A stretch of 64,000 nucleotides of DNA from Deltaproteobacteria bacterium (GTDB lineage: Bacteria; Desulfobacterota; Binatia; DP-6), in contig VBKJ01000129.1 in assembly GCA_005879795.1 (NCBI GenBank), positions 1,931 through 65,930 of the forward strand, read 5' to 3'. The translations under genes and the position numbers were made by a program. A model generated the notes under the pieces. The model was not told the origin of the DNA. It ran no database searches and was given only the letters and a program-made list of their open reading frames with translations. Positions 47,521 to 58,026 of this stretch are shown here, in pieces; the first letter of the stretch is position 1; every line of letters begins with the position of its first letter.

Positions 47521-50187
47521 GTGCACCGCCCCGCGCTCTCCCTCGTCCTGACGCTCGCCCTCACCCCGCCGGCCGCGGCCACGCCCGTGCGCATGTTCGC
47601 CGTCGGCCACAAGGTCCGCACCGCCGACGCCACCACCTACGCGAGCTTCCACGACAAGATGGCGGCGCTCATGGACGCCGGCTTCCCGGGCCGCGTGACG
47701 CTCGTGCAGGCGGGCGTCGACGACGTCGCGAGCCACCTCTTCCCCACCGACCCCGCGGCACCCCAGAACGCGCTCGTCGTCTTGCCCGAGGAGACCGGCC
47801 TGGTCGCCGCTCTGACCGGCAGCCGCGGCACGGCGGCGCGTGCGCAGACGACGGCGACCGACGCAATCCTGGCCCTCTTCGGACCGTACAGCGCGCCGTA
47901 CGGCTACTACAGGACCAGGTATCCCGGGCAGCCGGCCGTCCGGACCCTGGTGCTCGCCCTCACCGACACCCTGTACCGGGGCTTCTACGAGACCTTCCGC
48001 GAGCTCGCGATGACGCACGGCATCTACCTCGCGGCGTCGTTCAACGCGGCGCCCGCGCGCCGGGTGGAGGAGGCGACGGAGCCCGCGCTGGTCGCCCTGC
48101 TGCGCGACCCCGACGAGCCCTCCCGCACCTACGCCTACGAGGCCGTGTCGCCCTTCCCCCACAACACGACGCTCGTCTTCGCGCCCGACGGCGAGGTGCT
48201 GGTGCCCGACGGCAACGGCGGGACGCTCGAGAGCCCGTCGGCGACCGGCGGCGTCATTCGGGGCTCGACCAACAAGGCGTATCTCACGCCGATCGAGGAG
48301 CCGCCGCCCGGCAACCAGGCCGGCCTCTCGCTCGCCTTCGGCCCCGTGCGCGACATGGAGGTGCTCGACACGCCCGCCGGCCGGCTCGCGATCGTCATCT
48401 CCAAGGACGCCTGGATGGTCGACGTGAACGACCGCTTCCTCGCCAAGGGCGCGAACGTCGTCCTCCAGCCCGAGGCGTTCAGCGAGTGGGCGTACGCCGA
48501 CACGCCGTGGCAGCCCGACATCTTCAAGGAGGGCGGCTTCGCGAACCTCGAGAAGAACGTGCCCTGGGTGGCGAATGTCGACGCGAGCATTACCGGCAAC
48601 CTCTTCGACGACGTGACCTTCGACGGGCAGAGCGCGGTGCTCGGACGCAAGCAGAAGACGAGCCCCGGCCCGCTCGGCCCGAACAACGCCTGGATCGGGC
48701 AGAACCCCGACACCGGCTTCCGCACCCTCGCGCCGTGGATCGCGCCCGATCCCGGGATCGCGAACCCTGCGCTCACGCGCGCCGAGCGGCGCGCGATGCT
48801 CGCCGCGGACGGCGCGAAGCTGCTACCGGGCTCGGGCGTGGCGTGCGGCGGGTCGCTCGACGCGGGCGCGTGCGAGAACGGCTACCGCGAGGCGGTCGTG
48901 TTCGCCGACATCGACGTGCCGACGGGCGCCACCACCGCGCCCGTCGATCCCGTCCGCGCCCCACCTCCGCGCTTCGAAGCCGCCGTGCGCGCGAGCGGCG
49001 ACGAGCCGGTGCCCGTGGCGCAGCATGCGCCGCGCGTCGCCGCGCACGGGGTGCGTGTCTACGTCGTCTGGCACGAGGCGAGCGCCGGGCTCGAGAACGT
49101 CTTCCTCGCCGTCAGCCGCGACCGGGGCCGGACCTTCGCGGCCCCCATCCACGTGAGTGGCAACCCGGCCGGGACGGTCGCCGAGCTGAACCCGGCGATC
49201 GCGGTGGGCGGCCGCCGGGTGTTCGTGGCGTGGCAGGAGTTCGCCGCCGGGCGCAACGACGATGCCGGGCGCATCGAGCTCGCGCGCTTCGACGGGCGCG
49301 GCAACAAGCTCGGGCCCGACGTGCGCGTCGACGACCACGACGGCGTCGGCAAGTGGGTCCCCGCGATCGCGCTCGTCGGCAAGGACCCGGTCGTCGCCTG
49401 GGTCGACGAGCGCGACGGGGGCTTCGAGGGCGAGCCGGTCGAGCACGTCTACAGCGCACGCGGGCACGGCGGCGGGACGACGTTCGATCCCGCCGTGCGC
49501 GTCGACGCCGGCCCGGCGGATCCCCTCGCCGCCCACCTCGACAACAAGTGGGGCCCGGCGCTCGCCGCCGTCGGCACCGCCGTCTACGCGGCGTGGGCCG
49601 ACTTCCGCAACTACAACTGGGACATCTTCCTCGCGCGCAGCGACGATGGTGGCATGACCTGGGGTGCGAACGCCGAGGTCGACGACTTCGCCGACTTCGA
49701 ACGCCTGGACGAGCGGCCCTCGGTCGCCGTCTCCCGCCGCGGCCCGCTGCACGTCGTCTGGACCGATCTGCGCGCGCGCGAGCCCGACACGAACATCTTC
49801 TACGCGCGCAGCGACGACCACGGCACGACCTTCACCCCGAACCGCCAGCTCGACGACTCCAAGACGGGCTTCGACGTCGACCACGACACGCCCACGAACC
49901 AGTGGCACCCGAGCCTCGCCGCCGACTGCCGGGCGCTCTTCGTCGCCTGGCAGGACGATCGCCTCGGCAACGACGACGTCTTCTTCACCACCAGCTTCGA
50001 CGGCGGCGCGACGTTCGCGCCCGCCGAGCGCGTGGACGACACGGGCGCGGGCGCGAGCGAGCAGAGCCGGCCGAGCCTCGCGCTCGCGCGGAGGGGCAAC
50101 CGGCGGCTATGTTACGTGGTGTGGGAGGACGACCGCAATGGGACGAGCGACATCTATCTGGCGCGGCGGGCGTGCGCGGGGCCGTAG
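47521..50187 (+). CDS. secreted two-domain protein: N-terminal nitrilase/CN-hydrolase-like domain (Cys replaced by Ser) plus C-terminal BNR/Asp-box repeat domain
   Basis: Signal peptide; LVVLPEE (Glu motif), ...NKAYL... (Lys motif) and AIVISKDAW at the position of the nitrilase nucleophile; at least five SxDxGxTW/F Asp-boxes. Confidence 0.6.
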   Translation: MHRPALSLVLTLALTPPAAATPVRMFAVGHKVRTADATTYASFHDKMAALMDAGFPGRVTLVQAGVDDVASHLFPTDPAAPQNALVVLPEETGLVAALTGSRGTAARAQTTATDAILALFGPYSAPYGYYRTRYPGQPAVRTLVLALTDTLYRGFYETFRELAMTHGIYLAASFNAAPARRVEEATEPALVALLRDPDEPSRTYAYEAVSPFPHNTTLVFAPDGEVLVPDGNGGTLESPSATGGVIRGSTNKAYLTPIEEPPPGNQAGLSLAFGPVRDMEVLDTPAGRLAIVISKDAWMVDVNDRFLAKGANVVLQPEAFSEWAYADTPWQPDIFKEGGFANLEKNVPWVANVDASITGNLFDDVTFDGQSAVLGRKQKTSPGPLGPNNAWIGQNPDTGFRTLAPWIAPDPGIANPALTRAERRAMLAADGAKLLPGSGVACGGSLDAGACENGYREAVVFADIDVPTGATTAPVDPVRAPPPRFEAAVRASGDEPVPVAQHAPRVAAHGVRVYVVWHEASAGLENVFLAVSRDRGRTFAAPIHVSGNPAGTVAELNPAIAVGGRRVFVAWQEFAAGRNDDAGRIELARFDGRGNKLGPDVRVDDHDGVGKWVPAIALVGKDPVVAWVDERDGGFEGEPVEHVYSARGHGGGTTFDPAVRVDAGPADPLAAHLDNKWGPALAAVGTAVYAAWADFRNYNWDIFLARSDDGGMTWGANAEVDDFADFERLDERPSVAVSRRGPLHVVWTDLRAREPDTNIFYARSDDHGTTFTPNRQLDDSKTGFDVDHDTPTNQWHPSLAADCRALFVAWQDDRLGNDDVFFTTSFDGGATFAPAERVDDTGAGASEQSRPSLALARRGNRRLCYVVWEDDRNGTSDIYLARRACAGP

Positions 50188-50258
50188 GCGCAGGCGAGCA
50201 GGTCACCGCGGGTAGCGTGAGCTGCGGCTACCGCCGAGCAGCGGCGCCTCCCGCCTAG

Positions 50259-50700
50259 CTAGCGCCCCCGGTGGTCCTGCGGCGGCTGCCCGGGCGGAGC
50301 GTCGGCTGCGCCGCCGAGGAAGGCGTAGTCGACCTCGACCGGGCCCACCCGGCCTTCGCTCTTCATCACCGCCGCGCCCCTCGTGTAGCTGATCGTGAGC
50401 CTGTCGGGCCCCGACCACGCGACCGAGACGACGGGCCGACCCTGGAACGAGTGCTTGCCCGCTCCAATGGTGAAGACGTTGCCGCTCTCGCGCGGGGGTC
50501 GCGCGTCCGCGGGCACGAGCGAGACCTGGATGGTGGCCGCGATCATGCAGTCCCGCTCGAAGATGACCGCCTTCGCATTCCCCCCGGGAGCGACGGACTC
50601 GCGCAGCACGTGGTTCGCGCACGGCGGGCGGCCGACGCTCGTGGTGGAGCAGCCCGCGAGCAACGCGAGCACGGCGGACGTGGTCGCGCGCCTCACTGCA
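50259..50700 (-). CDS. small lipoprotein, hypothetical
   Basis: LALLAGCSTT lipobox; ~145 aa. Confidence 0.3.
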
Positions 50701-51442
50701 CCACGATGCCGCCGTCCACCCGCAGCACCGCCCCCGTGATCCACCTGGCCTCGTCCGAGGCGAGGAACAGCGCCGCCCGCGCCACGTCGTCGATCTCGCC
50801 CACCCGCCCGAGCGGGATGAACGACGCGGTCATCGCCCGCCCCTCGGGCGTGCCGAGGAAGGGCCGGTTCAGGTCCGTCGGCACCGGCCCGGGCGCGATG
50901 CAGTTGGCGCGCACGTTGGCCGCGCCGTACTCCGACGCGAGGTAGTACGTCAGCGTCACCAGCCCTCCCTTCGCCACCGCATAGTCCGCGATCCCCGTCG
51001 GCGACGCCTGGAACGCGCCGTGTGACGAGACGTTGACGATCACCCCGCCGCCCCGCCGCACGAGGTGCGGCAAGGCGTGTTTCGCACACAGGAAGGGGCC
51101 GCGCAAGTTGACGGCGATCGTCCGGTCCCAATCCTCGGCCCGGAGGTCGGCGATCCTTCGCCCGTAGGCGATGATTGCCGCGTTGTTGTAAAGCACGTCG
51201 AGGCCGCCGAAGGCGGCGACGGTAGCGTCCATCGCGGCCGCCACCTCCTCCTCGCGCGCCACGTCGCAGTGGAAGAAGCGCCCGCCGACCGCGGCCGCGA
51301 CGCGGGCGCCCGGGTCGTCGAGCACGTCGAGCACCGCGACGCGCGCGCCCTCGGCGGCGAAGAGGCGCGCCACGCCCTCGCCCTGCCCCTTCGCCCCGCC
51401 GGTCACGACGGCGACCTTGCCCGCGAGCCGCCCGGCCATCTC
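50693..51442 (-). CDS. SDR-family oxidoreductase
   Basis: TGGAKGQG; NNAAI; YxxxK in YAVAKGG. Confidence 0.8.
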   Translation of the reverse strand, partial: EMAGRLAGKVAVVTGGAKGQGEGVARLFAAEGARVAVLDVLDDPGARVAAAVGGRFFHCDVAREEEVAAAMDATVAAFGGLDVLYNNAAIIAYGRRIADLRAEDWDRTIAVNLRGPFLCAKHALPHLVRRGGGVIVNVSSHGAFQASPTGIADYAVAKGGLVTLTYYLASEYGAANVRANCIAPGPVPTDLNRPFLGTPEGRAMTASFIPLGRVGEIDDVARAALFLASDEARWITGAVLRVDGGIVVQ

Positions 51443-51911
51443 AGCCCTCCCACCCCTCGTAGGGGAGGAGCGCCAGGCTCGGCATCTGCACGATCTCGAT
51501 CGGAAAGCCGTCGGGGTCGCGCACGACACAGCATTCGACGCCGCTCGCAAGGACGGCACGCGTCCCGTCCACCATCTCCACGCCCTGCGAGCGGAGCTCG
51601 CTCAGGGCCTCGTCCAGACTCAGGACGTAGAAGCTCAGGTGCGAGTGGCCGATCTCGTTCGAGCGCCGCGGCCGCACGCTGCGCTCGGGCGGCGGGTCGC
51701 TGAAGCCGATCAGCTCGATGCGCATGCCATCGCGCCGCATGAAGACGCCCTTGAACCGGGCGCGCGGCAGACCCATCACGCGCGCCGTCGCCGCGTCGTC
51801 GAAATCGAATTCGGCCACCACCTCGAAGCCGAGCACGTCGGTGTAGAAGCGGCGCGAGCGCGCGAGGTCCGAGACGCAGTGGGAGTAGTGGAGGAGGCGC
51901 GCGTTCCTCAT
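51441..51911 (-). CDS. VOC/glyoxalase-family protein
   Basis: Paired beta-alpha-beta-beta-beta modules (HYSHCVSDLARSRRFYTDVLGF...). Confidence 0.7.
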   Translation of the reverse strand: MRNARLLHYSHCVSDLARSRRFYTDVLGFEVVAEFDFDDAATARVMGLPRARFKGVFMRRDGMRIELIGFSDPPPERSVRPRRSNEIGHSHLSFYVLSLDEALSELRSQGVEMVDGTRAVLASGVECCVVRDPDGFPIEIVQMPSLALLPYEGWEG

Positions 51912-53020
51912 GCCGGGAGCCCGTAGAGCCGTGCCGCGTTCCCGCCCCGCACCTTCTCACGCGCCGCGGGCGGGAGCCGGGCGAGCTGCTCCTCCAGCTC
52001 GCGCACGACGCCGGGATAGGTCGCGTCCAGGTGCGGGTAGTCCGAGGCCCACACGATGCGGTCCTCGCCGATCACGGGGGCGAGCAGCGGGAGCGTCGTC
52101 TCGTCGGGATCGAAGGAGATGTAGCACTGGCGCTTGAAGTACTCGCTCGGCCGGAGCCCGAGCTCGGGCGCCATCCAGCCGTAGACGTGCGCGAAGTGGT
52201 CGAAGCGGTCGAACCAGTGCGCGAGCCAGCCGCCGCCCGCCTCGAGCACGGCGACGGTGAGCCGCGGGTGGCGCTCGAGGACGCCGCCGCACACGAGGTG
52301 CGAGAAGCCGATCAGGTCGTCGATGAAAAAGATCGACGGGTGGCCCATGATGGGGGCGTCGAGCCGGAGGCCCTGGAGCGCGCCGGGGAGATCGCCCGCG
52401 CCCGAGGGATGGAGGCCGACGGGCACGCCCGCCTCGGCGATTGCGGCCCAGAGCGGGTCGAAGCAGCGGTCGTGGAGGGCGCGGCCGCGGCACGGGTTCG
52501 GGCGCACGAAGACGCCGCGCATGCCGAGCTCCCCCACGGCGCGGCGCACCTCGCGCACGGCCGCGCCCACGTCCTGCAGCGGCAGGCCGGCGATGCCGAT
52601 CAGCCGACGCGGGTCCGTGCGGCAGTAGTCGGCGAGCCAGTCGTTGTAGACGCGGCAGCACGCCTCGGCGAGCGCCGCGTCCTCGATCGCCTCCAGGAAG
52701 AGCCCCACTGACGGGTAGAGGACCGCGACGTCGATGCCCTCGCGGTCCATGTCGCGGAGCCGCTGGCGCGGATCCGTCCCGCCCGGCATGAGCTCCGCGT
52801 AGCGCACGCCCTTGCCCACGTCCTCGAACGGACGCCCGGCCATACCGACGCCGACGATGCCCACCGGCAGGAGGAGCCGCTCCTCCGCCCACACCTGCTC
52901 CTGCTCGGTCTCCGCGTCCCAGCGGATGTGGAAGCCGCGCGCGCTGAACCGCGGCGGCAGCTCGCGCTCCCACAGGTCCGCCGGCTCGATCACGTGGCCG
53001 TCGGCATCGACCGTCGCCAT
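51908..53020 (-). CDS. amidohydrolase-2 family metal-dependent hydrolase/decarboxylase
   Basis: DADGHVIEP; HP...; DYPH motifs of the ACMSD-like family. Confidence 0.8.
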   Translation of the reverse strand: MATVDADGHVIEPADLWERELPPRFSARGFHIRWDAETEQEQVWAEERLLLPVGIVGVGMAGRPFEDVGKGVRYAELMPGGTDPRQRLRDMDREGIDVAVLYPSVGLFLEAIEDAALAEACCRVYNDWLADYCRTDPRRLIGIAGLPLQDVGAAVREVRRAVGELGMRGVFVRPNPCRGRALHDRCFDPLWAAIAEAGVPVGLHPSGAGDLPGALQGLRLDAPIMGHPSIFFIDDLIGFSHLVCGGVLERHPRLTVAVLEAGGGWLAHWFDRFDHFAHVYGWMAPELGLRPSEYFKRQCYISFDPDETTLPLLAPVIGEDRIVWASDYPHLDATYPGVVRELEEQLARLPPAAREKVRGGNAARLYGLPA

Positions 53021-53021
53021 C

Positions 53022-53828
53022 TCACACCCCGATCATGTAACCGCCGTCGGCGGAGAGCACCTGCCCGGTAATACCGCCGGCAGCGGGCGAGGCCAGGAAG
53101 GCAGCGAGCGGCGCCACCTCCTCGGGCTCGAGGATGCGCTTCTGCGCGGCCAGGCTCTCGGCGTGCGCCTTCGCCTCCTCCGCGGTGCGGCCCGTCATCA
53201 GGCCCACGATGCTCCAGTCGACGAGGCGCGTGTTGGTCCAGCCGGGGCGGAGGAGGTTCACGGTCACGCCGCGCGTCCCGACCTCCATGGCGAGCGCGCG
53301 CGTGAAGCCGACGAGACCGTGCTTCGCCGCCGTGTATGCCGAGAGCCCCGAGGCGCCGACCAGCGAGTAGCCGGAGCCGACGTTGATGATGCGCCCGTAG
53401 CCCTGGCGGAGCATCGGCCCGAGCGCCGCCTTGGCGGCCCAGTAGCAGCTCGTCAGGTTGAGGACGAGGGTCGCGTCCCAGGAGGGGTCGTCGTGGGTCT
53501 CGACCCAGAGGCCGCGCGGATCGCCGGTCAGGACGACCGGGCCGCCCGCGTTGTTCACCAGCACGTCGAGGCGGCCGAGCTCGCGCGCCGCGCGCTCGAC
53601 GGCGGCCATCACCCGCGCGTGCTGGAGCATGTCGGTCGGGAGGGCGAGCGCGCGCCGGCCGCGGGCGCGGAGCACGCGGCACACCTCGTCCAGCTCGTCG
53701 GTGCTGCGCGCCGCGACCGCGACGTCGGCCCCGGCGGCGCCCAGCGCGAGCGCGATCGCGCGCCCGATGCCGCGCCCGCCGCCGGTCACGAGCGCGACGC
53801 GGCCGGCGAGGCTCGTGCCCTCCGACAT
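53022..53828 (-). CDS. SDR-family oxidoreductase
   Basis: TGGGRGIGRA; NNAG; YxxxK in YTAAKHG. Confidence 0.85.
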   Translation of the reverse strand: MSEGTSLAGRVALVTGGGRGIGRAIALALGAAGADVAVAARSTDELDEVCRVLRARGRRALALPTDMLQHARVMAAVERAARELGRLDVLVNNAGGPVVLTGDPRGLWVETHDDPSWDATLVLNLTSCYWAAKAALGPMLRQGYGRIINVGSGYSLVGASGLSAYTAAKHGLVGFTRALAMEVGTRGVTVNLLRPGWTNTRLVDWSIVGLMTGRTAEEAKAHAESLAAQKRILEPEEVAPLAAFLASPAAGGITGQVLSADGGYMIGV

Positions 53829-53861
53829 GCGCGCCTGTCTACGGCCGGCGTGCGCGCGCCG

Positions 53862-55285
53862 TCAAGGCGTCCCGAGGCCGCGCCGGCCCGTCCGCCGGCG
53901 CTCCTGCCGCTCGCGCGCCCGCTCGCGCACCAGGGGCTCCAGCTCCGCGATCGCCCGCTCGACCTCGGCCTGCCGCGCGCTGCCCGGCGTGACCAGGCGG
54001 TCGGTGTGCTGGAACTGGCTGAGCGCCTGCTCGAGCTCGCCGCGCAGCCGCGAGGCGAGCGCCAGGTGGTAGAAGCCCTCGGCCTCGTCGCCCTTGCGCC
54101 CGAGGGCGATGCCGGTCAGGCGCTGTGCCTCGTCGGAGTCGGGGTCGAGGCCGAGCGCGCGCTGGAACTCGGTGAGCGCGGCCGGGCTGTCCCCGGCGTC
54201 GTTGAGCGCCTTGCCGAGCTGGGTGTGCGCGAAGGCATCGTCGGGATGCCGGGCGAGGTGGCGCTCGAGCGCCTCGCGCGCCTTGGCCGGCTCCTTGAGC
54301 GCCACGTACACGCTCCCGAGCGGACGATCGACGCGACCACCGACGCCCCCGAGGTCACGGCACTTCTCGAGCGCCCCGCGCGCTGCCTCGAGCTGGCCGA
54401 CGGTCTGGTAGACGCGTCCGAGGAGGAGCTGCCGCTCGGCGTCGTCCGGCTTCTCCTCGGCGAGCCGGCGATAGCGAGGGATGACCACGTCGGGCGGGTC
54501 CGCGATCGCGCGCGCCACCGCCTGGGTCTCCGCCAGCTCGGCGGACCCGGCGGGGCGGCCGGCGGGAGTCTTGAGCCTCTGCGCGTTGATGGTGGTCTCG
54601 ACGTGCGAGACGCGGTCCTCGGTCACCGGGTGCGTCAGCATGTACGCCGGCACCCCGGCCGGGTTGATGCGCTGCTCGGTGAGCAGGGTCTTGAAGAACG
54701 AGCCCATCGCGTGCGGGTCGTAGCCGGCCTGGCTCGCGTAGCGGAGCCCCAGGTAGTCGGCCTCCTGCTCGAACTCGCGCGAGAACTTGAGCTGCGCGGT
54801 CTCCGCCGCGGCGATCCCGGCGGCGCCGGCGACCGGGTTGACGGCCGAGAGGAGGAGGCCGAGCAGCGCGGCCGCCGACCACACCTGCCCCTTCTCCTGC
54901 TGGCGCACGATGTGGTGCCCGCTCACGTGGCCCATCTCGTGTCCGAGCACGCCCGCCAGCTCGTCGTCGTTGGCGACCCGCGCGAGGAGACCCGAGAAGA
55001 TGAACACGTAGCCGCCCGGGACGGCGAAGGCGTTCAGCACCGGGGACTGGACGACGTAGAAGCGGTAGTCGAACTCCTGCGCCCCGAGCGTCTTCACCAG
55101 CCGAGCACCGATACGCCCGACGTACTCGGTGACGGCGGGGTCCTCGACCAGCGGGAGCTCGGAGCGCGCGGCGAGGAAGAAACGCCGGCCGAGCTCGCTC
55201 TCGCCGCCCTCGCCGGCCGCGACCTGGCCCGCGAGCGCCATGGCAACGCCGAGCGCCGCCGCGAGGGTGGAGCCCCGGCGCCTCA
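53862..55285 (-). CDS. M48 peptidase with C-terminal TPR domain (BepA/YfgC-like)
   Basis: Signal peptide; HEMGHVSGHH zinc motif; TPR repeats at the C-terminus. Confidence 0.8.
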
Positions 55286-56263
55286 TCGCCGTGCGAGCCC
55301 CCGCGCCACGTCCTGCGCGAAGTACGTGATGATGATGTCGGCGCCCGCGCGGCGGATGGCCACCAGGCTCTCCTCGACCACGCGCGCCTCGTCGATCCAG
55401 CCGCGCTCCGCCGCGGCCTTCACCATCGCGTACTCCCCGCTCACCTGGTAGGCGGCGACCGGGTACCCGAAGCGCTCCTTCACGCGGCGCACGACGTCGA
55501 GACAGGGGAGCGCGGGCTTCACCATGACGATGTCGGCGCCCTCCTCGATGTCGAGCGCCACCTCGCGCAGCGCCTCCTCGGCGTTCGCGGGGTCCATCTG
55601 GTAGGAGCGCCGATCGCCGAACTGCGGCGCCGACTCGGCTGCGTCGCGGAACGGGCCGTAGAAGGCGGAGGCGAACTTGGCCGCGTAGGCCATGATCGGG
55701 AGGTGAGCGAAGCCCGCCGCGTCGAGGGCCGTGCGGATCGCCCCCACGCGGCCGTCCATCATGTCGGAGGGCGCGATCACGTCCGCCCCGGCCCGCGCGT
55801 GCGCGAGCGCTTCGGCCGCGAGCAGCTCGAGGGTCGGATCGTTGTCGACCTCGCCGTCCTTCACCACGCCGCAGTGGCCGTGGTCGGTGTACTCGCAGAG
55901 GCAGACGTCGGTCACGAGGACGAGCCCCGGCGCCGCCTCGCGGATGGCCCCGAGCGCGCGCGGGATGATGCCGCCCGGATCGGTGGCGCCGCTGCCGCGC
56001 GCGTCCTTCCGCTCCGGCACGCCGAAGAGGATGACGGCCGGCACGCCCAGGTCCCCGAGGCGCCGGCATTCCTCGGCCGCGCGATCGACCGAGCGCTGCG
56101 CGATGCCCGGCATCGACCCGACCGGCTTCTCGACCCCACGGCCGGGAACGACGAAGAGCGGCTGCACGAGCTGCGCCGCGTCGACGTGCGTCTCCCGTAC
56201 CAGGCGGCGGAGCGCCTCAGTCCGGCGCAGCCGCCGGGGGCGGTAGGCGGGAAAGCGGCTCAT
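55283..56263 (-). CDS. hemB: porphobilinogen synthase
   Basis: Full-length HemB match with the active-site Lys context ([11 protein letters not shown]). Confidence 0.95.
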   Translation of the reverse strand: MSRFPAYRPRRLRRTEALRRLVRETHVDAAQLVQPLFVVPGRGVEKPVGSMPGIAQRSVDRAAEECRRLGDLGVPAVILFGVPERKDARGSGATDPGGIIPRALGAIREAAPGLVLVTDVCLCEYTDHGHCGVVKDGEVDNDPTLELLAAEALAHARAGADVIAPSDMMDGRVGAIRTALDAAGFAHLPIMAYAAKFASAFYGPFRDAAESAPQFGDRRSYQMDPANAEEALREVALDIEEGADIVMVKPALPCLDVVRRVKERFGYPVAAYQVSGEYAMVKAAAERGWIDEARVVEESLVAIRRAGADIIITYFAQDVARGLARR

Positions 56264-56475
56264 GACGGAGCCCGCATTAAAGCATCGGAGCGCGGCCTCT
56301 GGAAACGGCCCCGCCGGCCATCATGGCCTCGCCTCAGCGACGCGGCCCTGGTACGAGAGGTCCTTCATCGAGCGCCCTCAGGATGGCGCAGTGCGACGTG
56401 GGGCTCATCCGCTGTGCGTTCACCTGCAACCAGTTTGTATGCCGGTGAGGACCTCGCCATCGAGTCTCACGCCCG

Positions 56476-58026
56476 CTACGCCGCCGCGTCCCTGCCGAAG
56501 TGCCGGGCGAGGGCTGCGGCCAGCGCGGCGGCCGTGTAGGCGGCCGGCATCACGTCGACACGCAGGCCGAGGTCCCGCGCCGTCGCGGCCGTCACCGGAC
56601 CGATGCAGGCGACCGCCGGGCCGCCGTCGCCGGCAAGGCGCGCCGCCGCCGGCCGGCCGAGCAGCTCGACGAAGTTCCTGACCGTGGAGCTGCTCGTGAA
56701 GGTGACGGCATCGACGGCTCCCGCCTCGAGCGCCGCCGTGAGGCCGGCCACGTCCGCCTCGCCCGGGGGCACGGCGCGGTACGCGACCACCTCGTCGACC
56801 CGCGCGCCGCGCGCGCGGAGCGCTTCGGGGAGGACCGGGCGCGCGCCCGCGGCCCGCGGGAGGAGGACGCGGCGGCCACGCATGTCCTCGTCCGCGAGCG
56901 CCGCGACCAGCCCCTCGGCGCGGTAGTCCTCGGCCGCCACCGCGACGCGCAGGAGGCGGCGCTCGAGCTGGGCCGCGGTCTCGGGCCCGATGGCGGCGAG
57001 GCGCACCGGCTCGAGCTCGCGTACGTCGCGCCGCGCGGCGGCGAAGCGCGTGAAGAACGCCTCGACGCCGTTGGCGCTGGTGAACACGATCCAGTCGTAG
57101 CCGCCCGCCGCCGCCACCGCGCGCTCGAGGGGCGCGGGATCGGCCGGCGGCACGATCGCGATGGTCGGGAACGGGATCACCTCCGCCCCCTCGGCTTCCA
57201 GCAGGTCCGCCAGCGCGCCCGCCTGCGCGCGCGGCCGGGTCACGACGACGCGCCGGCCGAAGAGCGGGCGCTCCTCGAACCAGGCGATCCGCTCGCGGAG
57301 CGTGACCACGCTCCCGACGACGACGACCCCCGGGGCCACGAGCCCCGCCGCGCGCACGCGCGCGGCCAGCGTCGCCGCGCTCGCGACCACGGTCGCCTGT
57401 GCGCCCGTCGTGCCGCTCTGAATCGCGGCGGCCGGGGTGTCGGGGGGGAGCCCGTGCGCGATGAGCGCCGCCATGATCGCGGGCATCTGCCGCATGCCCA
57501 TGAGGAAGACGAGCGTGCCGCCGTGGCGCGCGAGCGTCTCCCAGGGCAGCGCGGGCGGCACCACCTCGTCGCCCACGCGCGCCTGGTGCCCGGTCGCGAT
57601 GGTGACCAGCGAGGCATGGTCGCGGTGCGTGAGCGGGATGCCGGCGTAGGCCGGCACCGCGAAGGCGGACGACACGCCGGGGACGATCTCGAACGGTACG
57701 CCCGCGCGGCGCAGCGCCTCCGCCTCCTCGCCGCCGCGGCCGAGAAGGAAGGGATCCCCGTTCTTCAAGCGCACAACGGTCTTGCCGGCGCGCGCGCGCT
57801 CGACCAGCAGCGCTTCGACCGCCGCCTGGCTCGGCCGGTCGGAGTCGTCGTGCGAGCGGCCAAGGGCGACCACCTCCACCCCGGGGCGGACGAGCTCGAG
57901 CAGGCGCGGGCCGACCAGGCGGTCGTGCACGACCACGTCGGCACTGGCCAGGCAGCGCTCACCGCGCCGGGTGAGGAGGCCCGGATCGCCCGGCCCGGCC
58001 CCCACCAGGTACACGCGCCCGGTCAT
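56476..58026 (-). CDS. cobA-hemD: fused uroporphyrinogen-III C-methyltransferase / uroporphyrinogen-III synthase
   Basis: N-terminal VYLVGAGPGDPGLLT (SUMT), C-terminal HemD-like half. Confidence 0.9.
   Translation of the reverse strand: MTGRVYLVGAGPGDPGLLTRRGERCLASADVVVHDRLVGPRLLELVRPGVEVVALGRSHDDSDRPSQAAVEALLVERARAGKTVVRLKNGDPFLLGRGGEEAEALRRAGVPFEIVPGVSSAFAVPAYAGIPLTHRDHASLVTIATGHQARVGDEVVPPALPWETLARHGGTLVFLMGMRQMPAIMAALIAHGLPPDTPAAAIQSGTTGAQATVVASAATLAARVRAAGLVAPGVVVVGSVVTLRERIAWFEERPLFGRRVVVTRPRAQAGALADLLEAEGAEVIPFPTIAIVPPADPAPLERAVAAAGGYDWIVFTSANGVEAFFTRFAAARRDVRELEPVRLAAIGPETAAQLERRLLRVAVAAEDYRAEGLVAALADEDMRGRRVLLPRAAGARPVLPEALRARGARVDEVVAYRAVPPGEADVAGLTAALEAGAVDAVTFTSSSTVRNFVELLGRPAAARLAGDGGPAVACIGPVTAATARDLGLRVDVMPAAYTAAALAAALARHFGRDAAA

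Noticed and set aside
47475-50258. 927-aa alternative-frame ORF overlapping the secreted BNR protein
   Set aside because: The translation is dominated by Arg/Gly/Ala/Pro with no domain pattern. The 47521..50187 frame carries a signal peptide, CN-hydrolase motifs and Asp-boxes.
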